DNA of 64,000 nt from Treponemataceae bacterium (GTDB lineage: Bacteria; Spirochaetota; Spirochaetia; Treponematales; Rectinemataceae). The position numbers and the translations under genes are program-made. The notes under the pieces are model-generated. The model did no database searches. It had not been told where the DNA came from and saw only the letters and a program-made list of their open reading frames with translations. The DNA lies in the NCBI GenBank assembly GCA_963678065.2, contig CAXXVZ010000003.1, positions 704,001-768,000 on the forward strand, read 5' to 3'. Below are positions 11,214 through 21,477 of the stretch, piece by piece (positions within the stretch are counted from its first letter, which is position 1; each line of letters starts with the position of its first letter).

Positions 11214-12032
11214 TTATGGAAGTTTGTAGTACATGCGGTAGAATTTCTCGAAGAAAGTCCCGGGTATGATCCTCTTGATCCAGACGGCGAAGCGCTCGAA
11301 AAGGGGACCGACCGTGACGCGGATGGGAAGCCTCGGACGGGCAAGAAGGCTTCCCACGAGCCTGCCCGCTTCGGAGGGGTCGTGGCCCGACCTCTCGTCG
11401 TGGATCTGGACAGACATGGTCGCATCGAAAGACGAACCGTAGGGTCCGCTGGAGGCGATTCCGCTCTTTCGGCGGGCATCGGTGAAACCGGTCCTGAAAT
11501 CGCCCGGTTCGACGATGCATGCCTGTATGCCGAAGGCCCTCACTTCGTAGCGGAGGGACTCGACGAAACCCTCGAGGGCGTATTTGCTCGAGGAGTAGAA
11601 GGCCTGGAAGGGCATCCCTGTGACGCCGGCTATGGAGCCGATAACGATGATCTTCCCCCTGCCTGCGGCGCGCATCGCGGGGAGAACGGCCTTGACTGTC
11701 CGGACGGTGCCGAGAAAATTGGTGTCCATCTGAAGGAGAATATCTTCCATGGAGCAATCTTCCACGGCTCCCGCGACACCCATGCCGGCGCAGCAGACCA
11801 GCGCGTCGATCCTCCCTTCCTTTTCGATGACGCGTGCCGTGCTGCGGAGCGTGCTCGCTTCGCTTGTGACGTCCATCTCGACCATATCGAAGCCGGATAC
11901 TGTCGCTCCGGGACGGGAGGGATTCCGGCATGTGCCGTAGACCGCATAGCCGAGACGGGCGAGTTCGAGGGCGCATGCTTTTCCTATTCCGCTCGAAGCC
12001 CCTGTCACAAGAGCCACTGGTTTGTCATTCAT
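11214..12032 (-). CDS. Short-chain dehydrogenase/reductase
   Basis: TGASSGIG Rossmann motif and YSSSK catalytic motif. Confidence 0.9.
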   Translation of the reverse strand: MNDKPVALVTGASSGIGKACALELARLGYAVYGTCRNPSRPGATVSGFDMVEMDVTSEASTLRSTARVIEKEGRIDALVCCAGMGVAGAVEDCSMEDILLQMDTNFLGTVRTVKAVLPAMRAAGRGKIIVIGSIAGVTGMPFQAFYSSSKYALEGFVESLRYEVRAFGIQACIVEPGDFRTGFTDARRKSGIASSGPYGSSFDATMSVQIHDERSGHDPSEAGRLVGSLLARPRLPIRVTVGPLFERFAVWIKRIIPGTFFEKFYRMYYKLP

Positions 12033-12036
12033 CCTG

Positions 12037-12582
12037 TCATCCTTGCGCGGGAGCGCGGGTGTTAAGATTCCGGAACGCTTCGACGATGATGGAAGCGACT
12101 CCAAGAGCGTCCCATTTGTCCGTGTTGATCACGAGATCGGCCTCCGAGAAGTCGTCGTTGTCGATGCCGTAGATATCGCGGTAGCGCATCCTGTCGCGGG
12201 CGTCGCGTTCAGCCGTGAAGGCCATGACCTCGGCGAGGCTTCCGCCTTCGCGATTGTGGATGCGCCTGGCGCGCGATTCGGGACTCCCCCTGAGGTAGAC
12301 TTTGAGGCTCGCGTCGGGGACCATCCACATGGCGAGGCGCGACCCTATGACACAGTCCTGCATCCGCGCGAGTTCGGCCTGATGACGGTCGAGCTCGCGG
12401 TCATAGGAAAAATCCTCGGAAGCGAGTCGCAGGAGTTCCGCGAAGGATATGCCCTTCTCTTCGGCCATCGTACGGAATGTGTAGTTGATGAACTCGATGC
12501 CGAGCTTTTGGGCGACAAGTTTCGAGGCGGTGGTGTTCCCGCAGCCCGATTTCCCGGATATGGCGATGATTTTCGGCATCAT
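12037..12582 (-). CDS. cmk: Cytidylate kinase, archaeal-type
   Basis: IAISGKSGCGNTT, GSRLA, RDRMRYRDIYGID; short 181-aa form. Confidence 0.8.
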   Translation of the reverse strand: MMPKIIAISGKSGCGNTTASKLVAQKLGIEFINYTFRTMAEEKGISFAELLRLASEDFSYDRELDRHQAELARMQDCVIGSRLAMWMVPDASLKVYLRGSPESRARRIHNREGGSLAEVMAFTAERDARDRMRYRDIYGIDNDDFSEADLVINTDKWDALGVASIIVEAFRNLNTRAPAQG

Positions 12583-12589
12583 GTCCTTC

Positions 12590-13459
12590 CTATTCTATAT
12601 TGCGAAGCTGTTCGCGGATGTTCTCGAGTGCATCCTTCATCTCGACGACGGCCTGTGCCACCGCTATGAGGGTGTTCTTGGAGCCGATGGTGTTCACTTC
12701 ACGGTTGATCTCCTGGCAGAGGAAATCAAGTTTCTTTCCGGGAGAGTCCTCCGTTTCCAGAATGCGGGCGAAGCTCGCGAGGTGGGCCTGAAGCCGTGTC
12801 ACCTCCTCGTTTATCGTATACTTCATGAGGAGTGTCGCTGTCTCCGCAAGAATGCGGCTCGGGTCGGCATTTTCCCCCATGACCTCCCTGAATCGCGCCG
12901 AAAGTTGGGTTTTGATGGTCGCCTCGATCTCCGGAACGTTTGCGCGGACAAGCGCGAAGGACGATTCGAGCCGTGCGAGCTGTCTGTCTATGTCCGCGCG
13001 GGTTGCCTGCCCTTCCCTCCTCCGCGTCTCGTCGTAGGATTCGAAGCAGGCCGCAAGCTCGGGGAGAATCACCTGCCACAGTTCTTCCTCGTCGAGATCC
13101 TTCTCGTAGGCCACGACTCCCTCGAAGCGGAGGAGGTCGCCGAGCTCTGGCGGCCTGTCCATGCCGCAGGCTTTTCCGATGGAGAAGAGGACGGAAGCGA
13201 CGCTTTTCGCGGCTTCCATGTCGGCGCTGACGCTCACCGGGAGCCTTAGTTCCCTGAGTCGGAGATTGCACTCGACCTTGCCGTGCACAATCCTCGAGCC
13301 GAGGTACTCGCGGAAGCGGGGCTCGAGCTTTGCGAGTTGGGGCGGCAGGGATATCGACAGGTCGAGGTACCTGTTGTTGTAGGATTTGATAAGGAGCCCC
13401 GCCACGATCAGCTCCGTGCGTATCTCTCTGTGGGCGAATCCGGTCATGCTTTTTATCAT
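12590..13459 (-). CDS. YicC/YloC family endoribonuclease
   Basis: MIKSMTGF N-terminus; GKKLDFLCQEINREVNTIGSK; IREQLRNIE C-terminus. Confidence 0.93.
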   Translation of the reverse strand: MIKSMTGFAHREIRTELIVAGLLIKSYNNRYLDLSISLPPQLAKLEPRFREYLGSRIVHGKVECNLRLRELRLPVSVSADMEAAKSVASVLFSIGKACGMDRPPELGDLLRFEGVVAYEKDLDEEELWQVILPELAACFESYDETRRREGQATRADIDRQLARLESSFALVRANVPEIEATIKTQLSARFREVMGENADPSRILAETATLLMKYTINEEVTRLQAHLASFARILETEDSPGKKLDFLCQEINREVNTIGSKNTLIAVAQAVVEMKDALENIREQLRNIE

Positions 13460-14994
13460 GTGTTCTCCGCTGTGTCTCTTTTATCCCCGGATGCTCTTCG
13501 GTCCGCGAGGAGCGCGGCTCCGAGCTTCCAGTTGTCTCCCGCCCCCATCGTCAGGAAGAGGTCCCCGGGGCGGAGCATGCCCTTCATGTCCGCGAAGGCA
13601 TCCATGGGCTCGTCGAAGTACATGACATCCTTCCGGCCGGCAGCCACTGCATCGAAGAGACTCCGCCCGGAGATATCCGATGCGGCCTCTTCCCGCGCGG
13701 AGGAATAAATCTTGTGCAGTACGACGAGGTCGGCGGCGTCGAGGCAACGGGAAAACTCGGCGAACAGAGACCTCGTCCTCGAGTAGGTGTGGGACATAAA
13801 GTCGACGATGAGACGACGTCCGGGCCAGAATTCGCGGATGCCCTTGATGGTTTCGCGGATGGCTGTCGGGTGGTGGCCGTAGTCGTCCATAAAAAGGACA
13901 GCCTTGGCCTCTCCCAGAATTTCGGAGCGGCGCTTGGACCCCGAGAAGGAGGCGATGGCTTTCTGCACCGCGGCGACCGCTTTCCCCGAGGCTGTCCAGA
14001 GCCCGGGCAGGCCATCCTCCGCGGCTCCACTCCCTGGGGCGCCTGAGGCCTCGGCCGGCCGGCCCTCCGCGTCCGCCAGAAGCATGAACCCGACGATCGC
14101 CGCAGCAGCCGCATCGAGGGCGAGATGGTGACCGGGAACCCGGAGTTCAAAGCGCCCAGGTATGCCTGCGAGGCCGAATGTCGCCCTTCCTTCCCCTGCC
14201 TGGTAGTCCGTCAGACGCCATCTGCCGGTCGCCGAGTGCCCATACGGCACAAAAACAATATCGGGACGCTTTGCCCGGAGGATGGCGGCGGCCTCGCTCG
14301 CGCCTGGATCGTCCGCACAGTAGATGAAGGTGCCCGAGGGAGGGAGAAGCATGCCGAACTCGATGAAGGCTGACAGGATGTCCTCGTATGCAGGGTAGTA
14401 GTCCTGGTGGTCGGGTTCGATGCTCGTCACGACCATCCACATGGGGTGAAAATGCAGAAAGTGCCGCCGGTATTCGCAGGTCTCGGCGACGAAGTAGCTC
14501 GTGCCTCGGATCAGCGTCGAGCCTCCGCCGAAGCTCGATACCGCCGACCCGGCGAGGATAGTCGCGTCGAGCCCCAGGGCCGAGAGGACGGCTCCCGTCA
14601 TGGCTGTAGTGGTCGTCTTGCCGTGGACGCCGGCTATGGCCACCGACTTCATCGTCGAGGATAGAAGACCCAAAGCCTCGGGGTAGTTCATGACGGGGAT
14701 TCCCGCAGCCGCGGCCGCCGCGAGTTCAGGGTTGTCAGTGCGGGAATAGGCGGCGGAGTGTATGACGACATCTGTGCCCCGGGGCAGGTGGGAAGGATCG
14801 AATCCGACCGAGAGAGTCACGCCGAGCGACGCGAGAATGGCATCAGTGTAGAAGGTGTCGGCCACATCGCTTCCGGAAAGTCTGCAGCCGCGAGCGGCCA
14901 GAATCTCGGCAAGTGCCGCCATTCCCGTCCCTTTCGCTCCGACAAGGTGGATATGTTTGCCGTCCAGGGGAAAAGAAGGGTGGCTTGGATTCAT
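13456..14994 (-). CDS. murC: UDP-N-acetylmuramate--L-alanine ligase
   Basis: HLVGAKGTGM, AGVHGKTTTT, DDYGHHPTAI, TMGAGD. Confidence 0.93.
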   Translation of the reverse strand: MNPSHPSFPLDGKHIHLVGAKGTGMAALAEILAARGCRLSGSDVADTFYTDAILASLGVTLSVGFDPSHLPRGTDVVIHSAAYSRTDNPELAAAAAAGIPVMNYPEALGLLSSTMKSVAIAGVHGKTTTTAMTGAVLSALGLDATILAGSAVSSFGGGSTLIRGTSYFVAETCEYRRHFLHFHPMWMVVTSIEPDHQDYYPAYEDILSAFIEFGMLLPPSGTFIYCADDPGASEAAAILRAKRPDIVFVPYGHSATGRWRLTDYQAGEGRATFGLAGIPGRFELRVPGHHLALDAAAAAIVGFMLLADAEGRPAEASGAPGSGAAEDGLPGLWTASGKAVAAVQKAIASFSGSKRRSEILGEAKAVLFMDDYGHHPTAIRETIKGIREFWPGRRLIVDFMSHTYSRTRSLFAEFSRCLDAADLVVLHKIYSSAREEAASDISGRSLFDAVAAGRKDVMYFDEPMDAFADMKGMLRPGDLFLTMGAGDNWKLGAALLADRRASGDKRDTAENT

Positions 14995-15103
14995 GGAAAC
15001 TATAGTATAGAAGAAATCGGGGATCGGGCAAGACATTGATCGGCTTGACATCGGCTGGATCGATCCCGACTTCAAGCTGTGAACCAGCTTGAAGGATGGC
15101 GCT

Positions 15104-17029
15104 TCAGACCGGGCCTATCTCCACGGTCAGGGAGAAGCGCTGTGTCGTGCCGGCTTCCATATCCATCTCCCATATCGGAAGTATTTTGCAGCCCTGAAAG
15201 GATGTATGACTCGTCGAATGGATGGCCTGCGGAAATTCGGTGTGGACCGGAAGATAGGAAAGGCTGAACGGGATATCGGAGCGCAGCTCGAGCGATTCCT
15301 CGAGGGAGGAGTTCTCCATCCGCAATCCCGTAGAGCTTTCGCAGCGAAAGGCCACATCTCCCGGAAACGGACGGGAGTGCCTTCCGCTCAGGCAGAAGAG
15401 CTTGAACCTGTCCGGATGGATGCCCGGTGAAAGATTGAACTCGGAAGAGAAATAGAACCTGACGGCCTCGCCCTCCCTGTTCTCGATCTCGTAACCTACA
15501 GAAAAACCCGTGCGCGTAAAAATGTAGGTCTTGTGGATGGCCAGGGAATGCCTTCTGTTGTCTTTTACCCACCAGCCATCCCTGCCGAGGACGGCCGCGT
15601 GGCCCGGCTTTGCCTGATCCTGGAGCGTGTAGTGTGAATGGGCGAAAGTGCCTGCGTCGACATTGTCTTCCGGATCCGTGAAAATCCTGTCCAGACAGCA
15701 GTAGGCGGGATCCTCGCCCGGTCTGGAAGAGGAATTGACGTAATTGGTGCGCGAGGAGAGGGAATCCAGCTCAAAAATGGCGCCGCCGCGGAGGTGCACA
15801 TAGGCATTCGTGTCGCCGCCCTGGAAAAGAAGCTCCTTCTCGCCGTCAAAATCGAGATCCGTCCGTATCAGGCCCTCCGCGCGGTACCCGTGGGGACGGG
15901 TGGTCTTCTCGGCCTCCAGAAGGGCCGAATACGCCCTCGCGCGAATCCCCGGATTCCGTATGCCGCCTTCCTGGCCGCACCAGTAGGCCGCCCCGCACTG
16001 GCCTCTCCAGAGCTCTTCCTGAGCGGTTTTTTTGCGCGATTTGTCTCCGCGCAGCTGCCCGACAAGGATGCGGACATACTGCATTTTCGCGTAGAGCTTG
16101 CCGGCGGCCTCGTCCGCGACGAGGATCCGTCGCGTGTTGGCGTGACAGGCCGGAGCCTGGAGAGGCGGCAGCGGCGAGGCGGCTTCTCCAGAAGCGGCCA
16201 GAGAGAGGGAGAGGGAAGAACAGGGCGGAAAGTAGGCTTTGCGGAAGTGCTTCACTGTCTTGAAGTACCGCGCGGGCAGAGTCGTTTCGTAGACGAGGGC
16301 GTTTCTCTGCATGGCCGCGAAGCTCCGCTCGAAGAAGACATCGGGGGATTCGAGCTCGGAGAGCCTCCAGAGTTCGGGGGAGAGACTGCCGTCGTACATG
16401 AGGCTGATGAGGGGGATTTCGCCGGACTCTTTCAGTATCCAGTCAATGGCCTTCTCCATCGGGATGAGGGAAGGAAGGCTCTCCGAGGCATCATAAACGG
16501 GGAAGACAGCGACGCTGCGCCCCTGATCTTCGGTGAGGAAAGGCTCGTCGAGATCCCCGCGCGGTATCCCAGCCTGCCGGAAATGCCCTTCGGTGAGGAA
16601 TGTGTAATCGTATCCGCAGGTCCGGAGAACGGAGGGCATCGATGACTCCCACGCGTAATCCTGGAGCCAGAATCCGTGAGGCTTCTTGTTGAAAGACTTC
16701 CTGAGAAAGGTAGTCAGCATCTCTGTCTGGCCGAGCCTGTCGGAGCCGGGAATCATGGGCATGAGAGGAGCGAAAAACGCTCCGCCAAGAATTTCGATCT
16801 GCTTCCGAAGGGACATTTCGTCCAGAAGCATGAGAAATTCAGGATGCCGGTTTTCCAGCCACTGAAGGACAGTGCCGCTGTAGTGGAGGGCAGCCGATAT
16901 TTCCGGAAATCGGTACAAAACAGAGAGGAAGGGGCGCCAGCATATCTGGTACGCGCTTTCGAAATCGGACTCGCCTGCTCCTTCGGGGATGTGATTGTAT
17001 GTGCCGAAAATTATCCGGGTTTTCTGCAT
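15104..17029 (-). CDS. GH57 family 4-alpha-glucanotransferase/alpha-amylase-like protein with degenerate motifs
   Basis: GH57-like N-terminus (LHYSG, EILGG, GFWL), DLDFDGEKE and C-terminal beta-sandwich region. Confidence 0.78.
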   Translation of the reverse strand: MQKTRIIFGTYNHIPEGAGESDFESAYQICWRPFLSVLYRFPEISAALHYSGTVLQWLENRHPEFLMLLDEMSLRKQIEILGGAFFAPLMPMIPGSDRLGQTEMLTTFLRKSFNKKPHGFWLQDYAWESSMPSVLRTCGYDYTFLTEGHFRQAGIPRGDLDEPFLTEDQGRSVAVFPVYDASESLPSLIPMEKAIDWILKESGEIPLISLMYDGSLSPELWRLSELESPDVFFERSFAAMQRNALVYETTLPARYFKTVKHFRKAYFPPCSSLSLSLAASGEAASPLPPLQAPACHANTRRILVADEAAGKLYAKMQYVRILVGQLRGDKSRKKTAQEELWRGQCGAAYWCGQEGGIRNPGIRARAYSALLEAEKTTRPHGYRAEGLIRTDLDFDGEKELLFQGGDTNAYVHLRGGAIFELDSLSSRTNYVNSSSRPGEDPAYCCLDRIFTDPEDNVDAGTFAHSHYTLQDQAKPGHAAVLGRDGWWVKDNRRHSLAIHKTYIFTRTGFSVGYEIENREGEAVRFYFSSEFNLSPGIHPDRFKLFCLSGRHSRPFPGDVAFRCESSTGLRMENSSLEESLELRSDIPFSLSYLPVHTEFPQAIHSTSHTSFQGCKILPIWEMDMEAGTTQRFSLTVEIGPV

Positions 17030-17163
17030 GCCACCGTCACCTTTTCAATCCTCAGGGGAGTATACATGAAAGGTCACATAGCAGAAAGGCGGAAAACGGT
17101 TTTTGGAGTTTTTTGGCTTTTTCGGCCCAACTACTTTCCCAGAAGGCACTTGTCTTCGACTTC

Positions 17164-17652
17164 TCAGAGCGTGCAGAATGCGAGCGCGATAAAAAATCCC
17201 AGAACGGCCCCTACGACGACCTCGGCCGGCCGGTGCCCGTGGATTTCCTTGACGGGCCGAAAAAAGAGGGAAAACCGGTCGGAGAGTTCCCGTCCCATCA
17301 GGTTTATTGCCCTGGCCTGCTGGCCGGCGGCACGCCGCACTCCCAAGGCGTCCCTGATGACGACGAGGGCAAAAACGAGCGAGAGGACAAAAAGATCCGT
17401 ATCCGGTCCCTGGTGGATCCCGATGGCCGTGGCGAGGGAGATCGCGAGGGCGCTGTGGCTGGACGGCATTCCCCCGGTCCGCCAGAAAAAAGTCCGCAGG
17501 ATATCCTTGAATGGAACTGAAGGCTTTTTGAAAATGTTTATGAGCGCTTTTATGAACTGGGCTATGAAGAGGCTGAAAACGGAGGATAGAAAGACCGGAT
17601 TGGAAAACAGTGACTGGATTTTTGCTTCAGCTTCCACATGCCCAGTGTCCAT
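17164..17652 (-). CDS. Divergent PAP2 family (DUF212) membrane protein
   Basis: TGGMPSSHSA, DALGVRRAAGQQA, GHRPAEVVVG; start uncertain. Confidence 0.88.
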   Translation of the reverse strand: MDTGHVEAEAKIQSLFSNPVFLSSVFSLFIAQFIKALINIFKKPSVPFKDILRTFFWRTGGMPSSHSALAISLATAIGIHQGPDTDLFVLSLVFALVVIRDALGVRRAAGQQARAINLMGRELSDRFSLFFRPVKEIHGHRPAEVVVGAVLGFFIALAFCTL

Positions 17653-17726
17653 GAAGCCGATTCCATTGTCAAGAACGAAGTGTCCGCGACATTGACCTGG
17701 ACCGGACAAGCGTATACATTCGGACC

Positions 17727-18740
17727 GTGGAAGAAAGACAGTGTCTCTCTGTGGGAGACGACGATGTGGGACGACGCCTGGACAGGATCCTGCGGATAGC
17801 CTTCCCCGGACTCTCTCTCGCCCTCGTTTTTTCTTCCCTCCGCAAGGGTATCATCCGCGTGAACGGATCACGGGCAGCTCCGGATTACCGGATACAACAA
17901 GGCGACAGCATCGACATGCCTCTGCGCCTCTGCGAGTCAGGCGGTGAAGAGCCCGGTCCGCGGCCGCCCGGACGCGCCAAAGTTGCTACAGTCCTCCCTC
18001 GCCGCCCCGGAGAAACGGATGCGCCCGCGGCTCTCTCCGGACTCGTCATCTTTTCATCGCGCGACCTGCTCTTCCTCAACAAGCCGCGGGGCCTGCTCGT
18101 GCATGGCCCTGAAAGCCTCGAATCCCTCGTCCTTGAATCCAGACGCTCCGATCCGGCTGCCCCGGAATCCCTCGCCTTCCGCCCCGGCCCCCTTCACCGG
18201 CTGGACCGCAACACTTCGGGGCTTGTGACCTTCCCGAATACGGCCGCGGGCGCACGCGTTTTCACCGCGCTGCTCCGTGAGAGGCAGCTGAGAAAATTCT
18301 ACCTCGCCCTTCTCGAAGGACGAATCGGGGAAGACCTGCGTTGGAACGACAAACTGAGCCGGGACGGAAAAACACGCATCACCGCGGCCGCCGATGCAGG
18401 ATCGGGCCGCGAAGCATCCACCCGGGTCACTCCCCTCGCCCTGAGCGATAAATTCACTTTTGTATGTATCGAAATACACACAGGACTCACTCATCAGATC
18501 CGTGCCCACGCGGCCCTTCATGGCCATCCTCTGGCAGGCGACGTGAAATATGGCGGAAAACGCGATACCTATGGATACTTTCTGCACTCGTGGAAAATGG
18601 TTTTCACGGCGAAACCTTTTCCGGACGTCCCGCTTTCAGTCACCGCGGAACCGGATACACCGGCCCTCGGCCGGCTTACCGGCATTTTCGGCAAAGATCT
18701 TCCTGGTACGTTGAAGGATTTGCCGGAGGTTTTCGCATAG
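17727..18740 (+). CDS. RluA/RluC family 23S rRNA pseudouridine synthase
   Basis: S4-like N-terminus (RRLDRILR), HRLDRNTSG catalytic motif, TGLTHQIR, GDVKYG. Confidence 0.9.
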   Translation: MEERQCLSVGDDDVGRRLDRILRIAFPGLSLALVFSSLRKGIIRVNGSRAAPDYRIQQGDSIDMPLRLCESGGEEPGPRPPGRAKVATVLPRRPGETDAPAALSGLVIFSSRDLLFLNKPRGLLVHGPESLESLVLESRRSDPAAPESLAFRPGPLHRLDRNTSGLVTFPNTAAGARVFTALLRERQLRKFYLALLEGRIGEDLRWNDKLSRDGKTRITAAADAGSGREASTRVTPLALSDKFTFVCIEIHTGLTHQIRAHAALHGHPLAGDVKYGGKRDTYGYFLHSWKMVFTAKPFPDVPLSVTAEPDTPALGRLTGIFGKDLPGTLKDLPEVFA

Positions 18741-18749
18741 GAGGCATAC

Positions 18750-19727
18750 ATGGCGGAGTTCAAACGGCCTACCCTGCCGCAGATCCGGCTGAAGCCAAGC
18801 ACTATTCTCGTGCTTGTCGCTGCCGTGGCGGTGGTTGTGCTGTTCTCGACAAGCTTCTTCGTCGTCGACCAGACGGAACGTGCCGTGATCACGACCTTCG
18901 GCAAGTTCACGAAGGTGGCGGATCCGGGGCTTCATTTCAAATTTCCCTTCGGGGTCCAGAACAGCTACGCCGTCAAGACGGAGGTCGTGCAGACCGAACA
19001 GTTCGGCTTCAGGACGGACAAGGCCGGCGTCGTGACCCAGTATTCGGAAACCCTCTATCCACAGGAATCCACCATGCTGACGGGCGACCTCAACATCATC
19101 GACGTGGAGTGGATCATCCAGTACCGTATCAAGGATCCGAAGGCCTGGCTCTTCAACCTGAGCGACCGCCACAAGACCATCCGCGACATATCGCAGTCCG
19201 TGATCAGCAACCTCGTGGGAGACAGGACGATCCTCGGCGTGCTCGGACCCGAGCGACAGGCCATCCAGGAATTCGCCGTGCAGATGATGAACGACATGTT
19301 CACCTCATACAGTCTCGGCATCCAGGTCACCCAGGTCCAGCTGCAGAACATCGTCCCTCCAAAGGGCGTCCAGGATTCCTTTGAGGACGTCAACAAGGCC
19401 ATCCAGGACATGAACCGCCTCATAAACGAGGGGAAAGAGGCCTACAACGCCGAGATCCCCAAGGCGCGGGGCGAGGCGGACAGGCTCATCGAGGTCTCCC
19501 AGGGCTATTCCACGGAGCGCGTCAACAAGGCAAAAGGCGATGTCGCGCGCTTCAATTCGGTCCTCACGGAGTACCGCAAATCCCCCGACATCACCCGTCA
19601 GCGCCTGTACTACGAGATGATGGACGAGGTGTTCAAGGACGCGAAGGACGTCGAGCTGATAGACCGGAAGTTCACGAATTTCCTGCCCCTCAAGAATCTC
19701 GACGCGGTCAAGGGGGAAACCCGATGA
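18750..19727 (+). CDS. hflK: FtsH protease modulator HflK
   Basis: SPFH domain, MLTGDLNI, IPKARGEA, TRQRLYYE. Confidence 0.93.
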   Translation: MAEFKRPTLPQIRLKPSTILVLVAAVAVVVLFSTSFFVVDQTERAVITTFGKFTKVADPGLHFKFPFGVQNSYAVKTEVVQTEQFGFRTDKAGVVTQYSETLYPQESTMLTGDLNIIDVEWIIQYRIKDPKAWLFNLSDRHKTIRDISQSVISNLVGDRTILGVLGPERQAIQEFAVQMMNDMFTSYSLGIQVTQVQLQNIVPPKGVQDSFEDVNKAIQDMNRLINEGKEAYNAEIPKARGEADRLIEVSQGYSTERVNKAKGDVARFNSVLTEYRKSPDITRQRLYYEMMDEVFKDAKDVELIDRKFTNFLPLKNLDAVKGETR

Positions 19728-20704
19728 AAAAGGCAGCAGTATTACTGGCGGTCATCGTTGTCGCCCTTGTCGCCCTCGTCATCGCGGGCCCCTTCTTCAT
19801 ACTCAACGAAGGCGAACAGGCTGTCGTCGTCAGACTCGGCAAGATCACGACGGTCCACAGGGACGCGGGACTCAAGTTCAAATCCCCCTTCGTGGATAAT
19901 GTCGTCAAGTTCCCCAAAAAACTCATGCCCTGGGACGGGGAACCGCAGAGGATTCCCACGAAAGAGAACCAGTTCATCTGGGTAGACACGACGGCGCGCT
20001 GGACAATCTCCGATCCCGTGAAATTCTACGAATCGGTAGGCACGCTCGAAAACGCCTACGGCAGGATGGACGACGTCATCGATTCGGCTGTCAGGACGGT
20101 CATCTCGTCGAACTACCTGCGCGAAGCCGTGAGGAACTCCAACGACGTCATCGGCACGGGAACGAAGGAGACCTTCCAGACGGGCGACGCCGAGGGTTCG
20201 GCCATACTCGACCAACTCACCAAGACTTCGGTCGTGTTCGAAAAAGTCGACAAAGGCAGGCGTAAACTTTCAGGGGAGATGCTCGACCTCGTCAAAAAAA
20301 TCGTCCCCTCTTTCGGGATCGAGGTTCTCGACATCATTCCCCGCCAGATCAAGTACTCCGACGAGCTCACCGAGAGCGTCTATTCGAGGATGATCAAGGA
20401 GCGCAACCAGATAGCACAGGCTTTCAGGTCATACGGCGAAGGCAAGAAGGCCGAGTGGTTCGGAAAGCTCGAAAACGAGAAGCGCTCCATTCTTTCCGAA
20501 GCCTACCAGACGGCGGAGACGAACAAAGGAAAGGCCGACGCGGAGGCCACGAAGATTTTTGCGGATGCCTACGGCAGAGATCCTGACTTCTTCAAGTTCT
20601 GGAAGGCGATTGAGTCCTACCGGCAGACCCTGCCCAATTTCAGGAAGACGCTCTCGACCGACATGGACTATTTCAGGTATCTCTACAGCCCGGCCGGCCG
20701 CTGA
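19724..20704 (+). CDS. hflC: FtsH protease modulator HflC
   Basis: SPFH domain, RMIKERNQIA..FRSYGEG, AYGRDPDFF; ATGA overlap with hflK. Confidence 0.93.
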   Translation: MKKAAVLLAVIVVALVALVIAGPFFILNEGEQAVVVRLGKITTVHRDAGLKFKSPFVDNVVKFPKKLMPWDGEPQRIPTKENQFIWVDTTARWTISDPVKFYESVGTLENAYGRMDDVIDSAVRTVISSNYLREAVRNSNDVIGTGTKETFQTGDAEGSAILDQLTKTSVVFEKVDKGRRKLSGEMLDLVKKIVPSFGIEVLDIIPRQIKYSDELTESVYSRMIKERNQIAQAFRSYGEGKKAEWFGKLENEKRSILSEAYQTAETNKGKADAEATKIFADAYGRDPDFFKFWKAIESYRQTLPNFRKTLSTDMDYFRYLYSPAGR

Positions 20705-20750
20705 CCCTGCGGCGCACGGGCATGCGCAGAAGCGTGTCCGCGCTCAAGAC

Positions 20751-21449
20751 TCACAGGCTGAAAAGCTTCGCCTGGGCCCGCCACCCTCCCCTGGCATCTC
20801 TCGCGATGTCGAGGAGGGCGTGGCAGCCCTCGGCCGCGGGGCCCGGGTTCACGACAATCGTCGAGACGAGTTCGGAAACGCTGCGCGCCTCGTGGATGTG
20901 ACCGCAGACCCAGGCGAGCGCGTTGCGGTCAACAAGCTGCTCGAAAATATCCTTGGAACCTATGTGCCTGTGGTGGCGGATGTCCGCATCGGCTCCATAT
21001 GGAGGGCTGTGGGTCAGCCCGACCAAGGGCAGGTCCGAGACGCCGCGTTCGCCGAACTCGCGGAACGCTTTCTTGAAAGCTTTGCCGAATGCCGACTCGC
21101 TGCGCTCAAAGGGCGTGGTTCCGTTGTGGCAGAGCCCCCCGCCGGCTCCTGCAATGAGGATGCCTCCCACCTGACGCAGGCGCGATTCCAGCGAGATCCC
21201 CGCCTCTTCGAGCCATGAGACAACTTCCGGCGGGTCGCAATTGCCCGCGACCGCGGCGATAGGCAGCTCGGGAAAGTGACTTTGCACGGCGGCGATGACG
21301 GCGGCCGCATCCTTTGCAGCACCAAAACTCGTCAGGTCGCCCGCTATGAGAACGGCGGCGAGCGGTTCGGAATTGCGGGACACCGAGGCGAGGATCAGCT
21401 CGAGTGTGCCGATCCGGCCGTGAATGTCAGACAGCAGAAGGAATCTCAT
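20751..21449 (-). CDS. Metallophosphoesterase (calcineurin-like)
   Basis: SDIHG, AGDLT, GNCD, THSPP, GHIHE motifs. Confidence 0.9.
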   Translation of the reverse strand: MRFLLLSDIHGRIGTLELILASVSRNSEPLAAVLIAGDLTSFGAAKDAAAVIAAVQSHFPELPIAAVAGNCDPPEVVSWLEEAGISLESRLRQVGGILIAGAGGGLCHNGTTPFERSESAFGKAFKKAFREFGERGVSDLPLVGLTHSPPYGADADIRHHRHIGSKDIFEQLVDRNALAWVCGHIHEARSVSELVSTIVVNPGPAAEGCHALLDIARDARGGWRAQAKLFSL

Positions 21450-21477
21450 CGCCTGGGCCGCTCCACATCGTTCCGTT

